This document shows, piece by piece, positions 27,301-39,300 of a stretch of DNA of 64,000 nt; within the stretch, counting starts at the first letter, position 1; every line of letters begins with the position of its first letter. Below the pieces are notes generated by a model. The model was not told the origin of the DNA. It ran no database searches and saw nothing but the letters and a program-made list of their open reading frames with translations. The translations under genes and the position numbers were made by a program. The DNA is from Eledone cirrhosa (lineage: Eukaryota): positions 250,666,001-250,730,000 of the forward strand of contig OZ024741.1 in the NCBI GenBank assembly GCA_964016885.1. The letters run 5' to 3'.

Positions 27301-28866
27301 TACTAAGTTTTTAATGAATTTTTAATGGAATTTTAATGGGGGTTTCCAATGGACTTTTAATTGTGTTTTAATGGGGTTTTAAAATTGGTTTTTAGTTGCA
27401 TTTTTCAGGGGCTTTTAATGGGGCTTAATGGGGGTTTAATGGGGGGATTTAATTGAGTTTTTAATGGAGTTTAATAGAGTTTATAATGGAGGTTTTAATG
27501 GAGTTTTTAATGAAGTTTTAATGTAGTTTTTAATGAGGTTTTTAATGACGATTTTAATGGCGTTCTTAATCTCGTTTTAATGATATTTTATGGCATTTTA
27601 ATGACGGTTGTAATGGTTTTTAATGGAGTGTTAATTGGTTATTAATTGTATTTTAATGGGTTTTATGAGCTTTTTAATGGACTTTTTAGTGGTGTTTTTA
27701 ATGGAGTTTTTAATGGGTCTTTTAATGGAATTTGCAATGTAGTTTTTAATGGTGTTTTCAATTGTATTTTTAATGACGTTTTAATGGTGTTTTTTATGGC
27801 GTTTTAATAGGATTTTTAATTGGGTTTTTAAAGGACTATTATTATGGGTTTTTTATGTAATTTTATAATGGGATTTTCAGTAGGGTTTTTAATTGGATTT
27901 TTAATGGAGTTTATAATATGGTTTTTAATTGGATTTTTAAAGAATTTATAATTGCGGTTTTAATATAGTGTTTAATGGAGTATTTAATTGGTTTTTAATG
28001 GTAATTTTAATGGAGTGTTTAATGTGTTTTTAATGGGGGAGGAGGGGGTAAAATGCAGTTTTTAATTGAGTTATCAATGGAGTTTTTAATGACATTTTTA
28101 ATGACGTTTTAATAGCGTTTTATGACGTTTTAATGACGTTTTAATGGTTTTTTAATTGGGTTTTGGGAGTTTTTATGAGCTTCTAATTAGGTTTTAAATG
28201 GGGTTTTCAATGAGGTTTTTAGTGGAATTTTTAATGGGCCTTTAATGTATTTTTAATGGGATTTTAATGTTTTTAATGGTATTTTAAATGCTGTTTTAAT
28301 GTTTCTTTTATGGCCTTTTAATTGGGTTTTTGATTGAGTTTTTAATGGATTTTTTTTAACGAGAATTATGAAGTTTAATGGGTTTCCAGTGTGTTTTAAA
28401 TGAAGTTTTTGATAATATTTTAATGGAATTTTAATGGCGGTTATGGGATTTTAATGGGTTCTGCTGGTATTTTTGTGGGTTTTAATGGGGTGTTAAATGG
28501 TTTTAATGTTGTTTTACTTGCGCTTTCGATTACGTTTTCAATTAAGTTTTTACTGTTTTTAATTGGATTTTTAATGGATTTTAATGTGGTTTTTAATGGA
28601 ATTTTAATGGTGTTTTAATATAGTTTTTAATGGGTTTCGGATGTAGCTTTTAATGGTGGTTTAGTGTGCTTTTTATTGGGTTTTTAATGAGTTTTTATGA
28701 GCTTTTCAATGGAGTTTTTAATGGTGTTTATATATATATATATATACATACATATATATGTATATATATATATTTACACATATATATGTGTATATATATA
28801 TGTGTATATATATATTTACACATATATATGTGTATATATATATTTACACATATATATGTGTATTAA

Positions 28867-28899
<33 letters not shown>

Positions 28900-28900
28900 T

Positions 28901-28970
<70 letters not shown>

Positions 28971-29688
28971 TATATATATATATACATATATTAAATATAT
29001 ATATATATATATATTAAATATATATATATATATATATATATATTAAATATATATATATATATATTAAATATATATATATATATATATATATATTCCACTT
29101 TCATGTTACACACTATATATAAACTGGGATTTATATTTTGCGTTAGTGCCATATTAAGCTGACAACGATATATTCGTATCTTAAAAAATATTTTTTTTAG
29201 ATCACATTGTTCTAGATATTATTAAAATTATTAAATCTATTTTCAATTTGCACGAACACTTGCATATACTACATACATACATTTATATAGACACTAACAC
29301 AAATATTAGCATATACATAATTTCTTAGTCATTGAGGATGTGTTTTTATACATACATATGCATATTGCATACATACATACATACACACATACAAGCATAT
29401 ACATAGACATACACACACACATATATACACACACTGTATATATATATATACATACACACACACATATATATATATATACACACACAGACTATATATATAT
29501 ATAGTGTGTGGTGTATATATATATGTGTGTGTGTGTGTATGTATATATATACAGTGTGTGTATATATATGTGTGTGTATGTGTATGTATATGCTTGTATG
29601 TGTGTATGTATGGATGCAATATGCATATGTATGTATAAAAAACACATCCTCAATTACTAAGAAAATATGTATATGCTAATATTTGTGT

Positions 29689-29720
<32 letters not shown>

Positions 29721-30255
29721 CGCACACACTATATATATATATATATATACATACACACTATATATATATATATACACACACACTATATATTATATATATA
29801 TATATATATACATATATATATAAATCCCATTAAAAACCACATTAAAAATTCAATTAAAAATCTATTTTGAAAAACCCATTAAAAACCCCATTATAAGCTC
29901 ATAAAACACTCCATTAAAACCCCAACCAAACCCCCCATTAAAACACAATTAAAACATCATTAAGAATGCCAATAAAAGCGCCATTAAAAACCACATTGGA
30001 AACCCATAAAAACCCAATTAAAACAAAATTAAAGTTTCCATTAAAAGTCCCCATTAATACTCCATTAAAACCCCCATTAACCCCCCCCCCTCGAAAAGAC
30101 ATTAAAACCTCAAATTTAAACCGAAATAAAAACTCAATAAAAACGCAATTAAAAACTCAATTAAAACACCATTAAAAACACAATTAAAAGCCCATTAAAC
30201 CAATTAAAATTGCATTAACACACCACTAAGGTTCCATTGGAAAACCATTAAAAAT
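24310..30255. repeat. Macrosatellite unit 5 (same 103-bp deletion as unit 1)
   Basis: Anchor-to-anchor interval; reads AAAACGCCATTAAAAGCCATATT at ~25425-25447, as unit 1 does at ~1145-1167. Confidence 0.95.
29295..29690. repeat. Near-perfect palindrome, unit 5
   Basis: Same termini; a few private changes near the centre (CACAGACT at ~29483). Confidence 0.95.
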
Positions 30256-33200
30256 GTCATTAAAAACTACACTGAAAACCCATTAAACCCCTATTAAAAG
30301 CGCACCCAAAACTTTATAAAAAACCAAATAAAAACCCCATTAAAATACCATTAAAACGGCATAAAACACCATTAAAACTACATTAAAACTCAATTAAAAA
30401 TTCCATTTAAATCTCCATTATAAACTCAATTAAAACTCCATTAAAACTCAATTAAAAACTCCATTAAAAACACACACACATGAAGTTACATGCTGGCTTG
30501 CACACTTATAGCGATTGCTATTTCCTTTTAATTTCATTAAAACTAGGATGTTTTAGAAAGATAAAAACAAAACTGAATAATGAAGAGACTAGGGAGGGGT
30601 AAAGAAAGGCAGATCAGGCTGTAGAGGACAGTAGGGGGAGAAGAGGGAAGAGACTTGGGAGGGGTAAAGAAAGGCAGATCTGGCTGTAGAGGACAGTAGG
30701 GGGAGAAGAGGGAGAAATAAACTAAATTATAAACTAAGTTATGAACTAAATTATAAACTAAATTAAAAACTCAATAAAATAAAATAAAATAAAATAAAAT
30801 AAAATAAAATAAAATAAAATAAAATAAAATAAAATAAAATAAAATAAAATAAAATAAAAAATAAAATAAAATAAAATAAAATAAAATAAAATAAAATAAA
30901 ATAAAATAAAATAAAATAAAATAAAATAAAATAAAATAAAATAAAATAAAATAAAATAAAAAAAAATAAAATAAAATTTAATAAAAAAACTAAAAAATAT
31001 AAATAAAATAAAATAAAATAAATAAAATAAAATAAAATAAAATAAAATAAAATAAATAAAAATAAAATAAAATAAAAAAAAATAAAAAAAAATTAAATAT
31101 AAAAAATAAATAAAATAAAATAAAATAAGAACTCAATTAAAAACTCAGTAAAAACTCAATTAAAAACTCAATTAAAAACTCAATCGAAGCACCATTAAAA
31201 CACCATTAAAAACTCCACTATAAACCCACTAAACCCATTAAAAACCAATTAAAAATTCAATTACACATCCCATTAGAAATTTCATTAAAAACTCAATTAA
31301 AAGTTCCATTGAAAACACATTCAAAACCCATTAACCCCATATTAAAAGTTCATAAAACTCTATTAAAAACCCAATAACAAACCAATTAAAAGGCCATTAA
31401 AACGCCACAAAACACAATAAAATGTCATAAAAACGCCATTAAAACATCACAAAAAGCCCAATTAAAAAACCATTAATAATGCCATTAAAAATTCCATAAA
31501 AATCCATTAAAAACTCCACTAAAAGCCCATTAAAAAGTTCATTAAAAGCCATATTATAAATTTCATAAAAAACAATTGAAAACCCCATTATTTATGAGCC
31601 TTTTTTATGAGTTTTTAATAGTGTTTTAATTCAGTTTTTAATTGCGTTTAAAATTGGGTTTTAATGGCTTTTTAATGGTGTTTTAATGGAATTTTAATGG
31701 GATTTTCGATGGTGTTTAATGGGTTTTTTATGGAGTTTTTAATTGGGTTTTCAATGGTGTTGTTTATGAGTTTTTAAATGGGTTTTTAATGGAATTTTTG
31801 ATTGCGTTTTTAATGAAATTTTTAATAGATTCAAGGATGTTTTAATGGAGTTTTTAATGGTCTTTTTAATGGCGTTTTAATTGTGTTTTTATGGTGTTTA
31901 AATGCGTTTTAATGATTTTTAATTGGGTTTTTAATGGAGTATTTTTAATGAGCTCTTAATGGATTTTTCAATTGGATACTTAATGGGTTTTAATGGAATT
32001 TATAATAAGGGTTCTAATTGACTTTAAATATGATTTTTAATGGAGTTTTTAATGAAATTTCTAATGGTGTTTTTAATTGCGTTTCCCCCCGTGAGGGTTT
32101 TAATGGCATTTTAAATGACATTTTAATGAGTTTTTATGATGTTTTAATGGCGTTGTAATTGTTTTTTATTGGGTTTTTAATATAATTTTGTATGAGCTTT
32201 TAATGGGGGTTTTCAATGTTGTTTTTAATGGAGTGTTTAATGGAATTTTAATGGGGGTTTGATAAAAAAAATTAATTGCTTTTTAATTTAATTTTTAATG
32301 CGTTTTTGATGGTGTTTAAGTGCGTTCATGATGATCTTTTTAATGGATTTTTAATGGGGTTTTAATTGAATTTTTAATGGTGTTTTCAATGTAATTTTTA
32401 ATGATAGTTTAATGGTGTTTTAATGACGTTTTAATTGTGTTTTTTATGGTGTTTTAGTGACGTTTAAATAGGATTTTTAATTGGTTTTTTAATTGAGTAT
32501 TTATATGAGTTTTCACTGGTGTTTTTAATGGGTTTTTCAATATTGCATTTAATGAAATTTTTAATATGGTTTCAAATGGAATTTTTAATGTGTTTTTAAT
32601 TGGGTTTCTAGTGACGTTTTTAATGGTACTTTAAATGACGTTTTAATGACTTTTATGGCGTTTTAATGGGTTTTTTAATTGGGTTTTTAATGTAGTTTTT
32701 TAAAAGATCTTTACTTGGGATTTTATGGGTTTTCAATGCGGTTTTTAATGGTATATTAATGGAGTTTTTGGTGTGGTTGTTAATGGTATTAGTGACATTT
32801 TAATGTGTTTTTAATGGTGTTTTAAGCGAGTTTCTGATTTAGTTTAAATTTAAATATTTGATGGTCCTTCTAATGGGCTTTAATGGATGTGTAATGTGTT
32901 TAATGCAATTTTAATGTGGTTTAATGGGGGTAGTAGGTTTCAATGGGTTTTAATGGAGTTTTAATGGCTAGTGCTCTTTTTCTTAGAGTTTTTAATGGTG
33001 TTTTTAATGGTTTTTCATTGAGCTTTTAATTGCGTTTTTAATTGCGTTTTTAATCTAGTTTAAAAATTGAGTTTTAATGGGTTTTTCAATTAGGTTTTTA
33101 ATGGATTTATAATGGTGTTTTTTACGGACCCTTTAATTTTTTATAATGGGTTTTCAATGCCGTTTTAATGGTGTTTTTTAATGGTATCCTTAATGACGCT

Positions 33201-34996
33201 TCGATAAGTTTCAATGTTATTTTAATGGGGTTTTGATTGATTTTTTAATGGAGTTTTTTTAATGAACTTTTATTGGGGTTTTCAATCAGGTTTTTAACTG
33301 AATTTTTAATGTTTTTCAATTAGATTTTTTATGGAGTTTTTATGGGCTTTTTAATGAGTTTTTAATGGTGTGCTAATTGAGTTTTCAATTACCTTTTTAA
33401 TTGAGTATAAAATCGAGTTTTTACTAAGTTTTTAATGAATTTTTAATGGAATTTTAATGGGGTTTCCAATGGACTTTTAATTGTGTTTTAATGGGGTTTT
33501 AAAATTGGTTTTTATTTGCATTTTTCAGGGGCTTTTAATGGGGCTTAATGGGGGTTTAATGGGGGATTTAATTGAGTTTTTAATGGAGTTTAATAGAGTT
33601 TATAATGGAGGTTTTAATGGAGTTTTTAATGAAGTTTTAATGTAGTTTTTAATGAGGTTTTTAATGACGATTTTAATGGCGTTCTTAATGGCGTTTTAAT
33701 GGTATTTTATGGCATTTTAATGACGGTTGTAATGGTTTTTAATGGAGTGTTAATTGGTTATTAATTGTATTTTAATGGGTTTTATTAGCTTTTTAATGGA
33801 CTTTTTAGTGGTGTTTTTAATGGAGTTTTTAATGGGTCTTTTAATGGAATTTGCAATGTAGTTTTTAATGGTGTTTTCAATTGTATTTTTAATGACGTTT
33901 TAATGGTGTTTTTTATGGCGTTTTAATAGGATTTTTAATTGTTTTTTTTAAGGACTATTATTATGGGTTTTTTATGTAATTTTATAATGGGATTTTCAGT
34001 AGGGTTTTTAATTGGATTTTTAATGGAGTTTATAATATGGTTTTTAATTGGATTTTTAAAGAATTTATAATTGCGGTTTTAATATAGTGTTTAATGGAGT
34101 ATTTAATTGGTTTTTAATGGTAATTTTAATGGAGTGTTTAATGTGTTTTTAATGGGGGAGGAGGGGGGTAAAATGCAGTTTTTAATTGAGTTATCAATGG
34201 AGTTTTTAATGACATTTTTAATGACGTTTTAATAGCGTTTTATGACGTTTTAATGACGTTTTAATGTTTTTTTGGGGGGGTTTTGGGAGTTTTTATGAGC
34301 TTCTAATTAGGTTTTAAATGGGGTTTTCAATGAGGTTTTTAGTGGAATTTTTAATGGGCCTTTAATGTATTTTTAATGGGATTTTAATGTTTTTTATGGC
34401 GTTTTTAATGGTATTTTAAATGCTGTTTTAATGTTTCTTTTATGGCCTTTTAATTGGGTTTTTGATTGAGTTTTTAATGGATTTTTTTTAACGAGGATTA
34501 TGAAGTTTAATGGGTTTCCAGTGTGTTTTTAATGAAGTTTTTGATAATATTTTTAATGGAATTTTAATGGCGGTTATGGGATTTTAATGGGTTCTGGTGG
34601 TATTTTTGTGGGTTTTAATGGGGTGTTAAATGGTTTTAGTGTTGTTTTACTTGCGCTTTCGATTACGTTTACAATTAAGTTTTTACTGTTTTTAATTGGA
34701 TTTTTAATGGATTTTAATGTGGTTTTTAATGGAATTTTAATGGTGTTTTAATATAGTTTTTAATGGGTTTCGGATGTAGCTTTTAATGGTGGTTTAGTGT
34801 GCTTTTTATTGGGTTTTTAATGAGTTTTTATGAGCTTTTCAATGGAGTTTTTAATGGTGTTTATATATATATATATATACATACATATATATGTATATAT
34901 ATATATTTACACATATATATGTGTATATATATATGTGTATATATATATTTACACATATATATGTGTATATATATATTTACACATATATATGTGTAT

Positions 34997-35048
<52 letters not shown>

Positions 35049-35049
35049 T

Positions 35050-35088
<39 letters not shown>

Positions 35089-35187
35089 TATATATATATA
35101 TATATATATATATTAAATATATATATATATATATATTAAATATATATATATATATATATATATATTAAATATATATATATATATTAA

Positions 35188-35254
<67 letters not shown>

Positions 35255-35845
35255 CACTTTCATGTTACACACTATATATAAACTGGGATTTATATTTTGC
35301 GTTAGTGCCATATTAAGCTGACAACGATATATTCGTATCTAAAAAAATATTTTTTTTAGATCACATTGTTCTAGATATTATTAAAATTATTAAATCTATT
35401 TTCAATTTGCACGAACACTTGCATATACTACATACATACATTTATATAGATACTAACACAAATATTAGCATATACATAATTTCTTAGTCATTGAGGATGT
35501 GTTTTTATACATACATATGCATATTGCATACATACATACATACACACATACAAGCATATACATAGACATACACACACACATATATACACACACTGTATAT
35601 ATATATATACATACACACACACACATATATATATACACACACACACTATATATATATATAGTGTGTGGTGTATATATATATATGTGTGTGTGTGTATGTA
35701 TATATATACAGTGTGTGTATATATATGTGTGTGTATGTGTATGTATATGCTTGTATGTGTGTATGTATGGATGCAATATGCATATGTATGTATAAAAAAC
35801 ACATCCTCAATTACTAAGAAAATATGTATATGCTAATATTTGTGT

Positions 35846-35883
<38 letters not shown>

Positions 35884-35946
35884 CGCACACACTATATATA
35901 TATATATACATACACACTATATATATATATATATATACACACACAC

Positions 35947-35999
<53 letters not shown>

Positions 36000-36358
36000 A
36001 ATCCCATTAAAAACCACATTAAAAATTCAATTAAAAATCTATTTTGAAAAACCCATTAAAAACCCCATTATAAGCTCATAAAACACTCCATTAAAACCCC
36101 AACCAAAACACCATTAAAACACAATTAAAACATCATTAAGAATGCCAATAAAAGCGCCATTAAAAACCACATTGGAAACCCATAAAAACCCAATTAAAAC
36201 AAAATTAAAGTTTCCATTAAAAGTCCCCATTAAAACTCAATTAAAACGCAATAAAAAACTCAATTAAAACACCATTAAAAACACAATTAAAAGCCCATTA
36301 AACCAATTAAAATTGCATTAACACACCACTAAGGTTCCATTGGAAAACCATTAAAAAT
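30256..36358. repeat. Macrosatellite unit 6 (private ~71-bp deletion near 36238)
   Basis: Anchor-to-anchor interval; lacks the CCCCCCTCGAAAA...AAATTTAAACCGAAAT segment present in units 1-5. Confidence 0.95.
35454..35847. repeat. Near-perfect palindrome, unit 6
   Basis: Same termini and centre. Confidence 0.95.
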
Positions 36359-39300
36359 GTCATTAAAAACTACACTGAAAACCCATTAAACCCCCATTAA
36401 AAGCGCACCCAAAAATCAGGCGGAGATAATTTGTAAAAAAAATCAGGGGGAAATAATTTGTAAAAAAAAACAGGGGGAGATAATTTGTAAAAAAAAATCA
36501 GGGGGAGATAATCTGGAAAAAAAAATCAGGGGTAGATAATTTGTAAAAAAAAATCAGGGGGAGATAATTTGTAAAAAAAAATAAGGGGGAGATAATTTGT
36601 AAAAAATTCAAGGGGAGATAATTTCCAGCCGTCCAAGGGGAGATAATTTTCAGCCGTCCAAGGAGAGGTTATTTCTAGCCGTTCAAGGGGAGATAATTTC
36701 CAGCCGTCCAAGGGGAGATAATTTCCAGCCGTCCAAGGGGAGATAATTTTTAAAAAAAATCAGGCGTTGCTAATTTGTAAAAAAATAATCAGGGGCAGAT
36801 AATTTGTATACAAAATCAAGGGGAGATAATTTCCAGCCGTCCAAGGCGAGATAATTTCCAGCCGTCCAAGGGGAGATAATTTACAGCTGTCCAAGGAGAG
36901 GTAATTTCTAGGCGTCCAAGGGGAGATAATTTCCAGCCGTCCAAGGGGAGATAATTTCCAGTCAGCCAAGGGGAGATAATTTCCAGCCAGCCAAGGCGAG
37001 ATATTTGTAAAAAAAATCAGGGAGAGATAATTTGTAAAAAAAAAATCAGGGGTAGATAATTTGTAGAAGACATAAAGGGGAGATAATTTCTAGCCGTCCA
37101 AGGGGAGAAAATTTCCATCCAGCCAAGGGGAGATAATTTAAAAAAAAAAATCAGGCGGAGATAATTTGTAAAAAAAAATCAGGGGGAGATAATTAGTAAA
37201 AAAATCAAGGGGAGATAATTTCCAGCCGTCCAAGGGGAGATAATTTCCAGCCCTACAAGCAGCTATAATTTCCAGCCGTCCAAAGGGAGATAATTTCCAG
37301 CCAGCGAAGGGGAGATAATTTATTTTTAAATTAGGGGGAGATTTGTAAAAAAAATCAGGGGGAGATAATTTGTAAAAAAAATCAAGGGGAAATAATTTCC
37401 AGCCGTCCAAGGGGAGATAATTTCCAGCCGTTCAGGGGGAGATAATTTCCAGCCGTCCAAGGGGAGATAATTTTTTTAAAAAAATCAGGCGGAGATAATT
37501 TGTAAAAAAAAAATCAGGGGGAGATAATTTGTAAAAAAAAATCGGGGAGATAATTTGTAAAAAAAAATCAGGGGGAGATAATATGTAAAAAAAATCAAGG
37601 GGAGATAATTTCCAGCCGTCCGAGGGAAGATAATTTCCAGCCCTCCAAGGGGCTATAATTTCCAGCGTCCAAGGGGAGATAATTTCCAGCCAGCGAAAGG
37701 GAGATTATTTTTTTTTAAAAATCACTGGGAGATTTGTAAAAAAAATCAGGGGGAGATAATTTGTAAAAAAAATCAAGGGGAGATAATTTCCAGCCGTCCA
37801 AAGAGAGATAATTTCTAGCCGTCCAAGGGGAGATAATTTCCAGCCGTGCAAGGGGAGATAATTTCCAGCAGTCCAAGGGGAGATAATTTCCATCCTTCCA
37901 AGGGGAGATAATTTCCAGGCGTCCAAGGGGAGATTATTTCCCGCCAGCCAAGGGAAGATAATATTTAAAAAAATCAGGCGGAGATAATTTGTAAAATAAA
38001 TCAGGGGGAGATAATTTGTAAAAAAATCAGGGGGAGATAATTTGTAAAAAAATCAGGGGGAGATAATTTGTAAAAAAAAATCAGGGGTAGATAATATGTA
38101 AAATAAGATCAGGGGGAGATAATTTGTAAAAAAAAAATCAGGGGGAGATAATTTGTAAAAAAAATCAAGGGGAGATAATTTTCAGCCGTCCAAGGAGAGG
38201 TAATTTCTAGCCGTCCAAGGGGAGATAATTTCCAGCCGTCCAAGGGGAGATAATTTCCAGCCGTCCAAGGGGAGATAATTTTAAAAAAAAAATCAGGCGG
38301 AGATGATTTGTAAAAAAAAAATCAGGGGGAGATAATTTGTAAAAAAAAATCAGGGGGAGATAATTTGTAAAAAAAATCAAGGGGAGATAATTTCCAGCCG
38401 TCCAAGGGAAGATAATTTCCAGCCTCCAAGGGGCTATAATTTCCAGCGTCCAAGGGGAGATAATTTCCAGCCAGCGAAGGGGAGATAATTTTTTTAAAAA
38501 AATCACTGGGAGATTTGTAAAAAAAATCAGGGGGAGATAATTTGTAAAAAGAATCAAGGGTAGATAATTTCCAGCCGTCCAAAGAGAGATAATTTCTAGC
38601 CGTCCAAGGGGAGATAATTTCCAGCCAAGGGGAGATAATTTCCAGCCGTCCAAGGGGAGATAATTTTTTTAAATATCAGGTGGAGATAATTTGTAAAAAA
38701 AATCAGGGGGAGATAATTTCCAGCCGTCCAAGGGGAGATAATTTTCAGCCGTCCAAGGAGAGGTAATTTCTAGCCGTCCAAGGGGAGATAATTTCCAGCC
38801 GTGCAAGGGGAGATAATTTCCAGCCGTCCAAGGGGAGATAATTTCCATCCTTCCAAGGGGAGATAATTTCCAGCCGTCCAAGGGGAGATAATTTCCAGCC
38901 AGCGAAGGGGAGATAATTTTTTTTTTTAAATCAGGGGTAGATTGGTAAAAAAAAATCAGGGGGAGATAATTTGTAAAAAAATCAAGGGGAGATAATTTCA
39001 AGCCGTCGAAGGAGAGATAATTTATAGCCGTCCAAGGGGAGATAATTTCCAGCAAGCCAAGGGAGATAATTTTTTAAAAAAATCAGGCGGAGATGATTTG
39101 TAAAAAAAATCAGGTGGAGATAATTTGTTAAAAAAAATCAGGGGGCGATAATTTCCAGCCGTCCAAGGGGAGATAATTTTCAGCCGTCCAAGGAGAGGTA
39201 ATTTCTAGCCGTTCAAGGGGAGATAATTTCCAGCCGTCCAAGGGGAGATAATTTCCAGCCGTCCAAGGGGAGATAATTTTTTAAAAAAATCAGGCGGAGC

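Larger units (their letters stand above)
1..36414. repeat. Head-to-tail macrosatellite array, ~6.0-6.1 kb composite unit, 6 copies plus a stub; left end not seen
   Basis: The anchor GTCATTAAAAA(C/G)TACACTGAAAACCC recurs at 1, 6020, 12153, 18298, 24310, 30256 and 36359 (periods 6019, 6133, 6145, 6012, 5946, 6103). An identical 66-aa pseudo-ORF recurs at 4411, 10528, 16658, 22710, 28666 and 34799. Unit phase is arbitrary (set by the window start). Confidence 0.98.

Noticed and set aside
516-36019. ORFs in the macrosatellite (FYFIL-, YI-, HT/CV-rich peptides)
   Set aside because: They are translations of (AAAAT)n, (AT)n, (CA)n and 10-mer repeats that lack stops by composition. Their frames and lengths change between units as tracts slip, and no domain is recognisable.
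1-36414. Tandem gene cluster (rDNA, 5S, histone, snRNA or tRNA) suggested by the 6-kb period
   Set aside because: The only complex segments are ~200-235 bp, and I recognise no rRNA, tRNA, snRNA or histone sequence in them. An Infernal/Rfam scan of those islands would be the decisive check.
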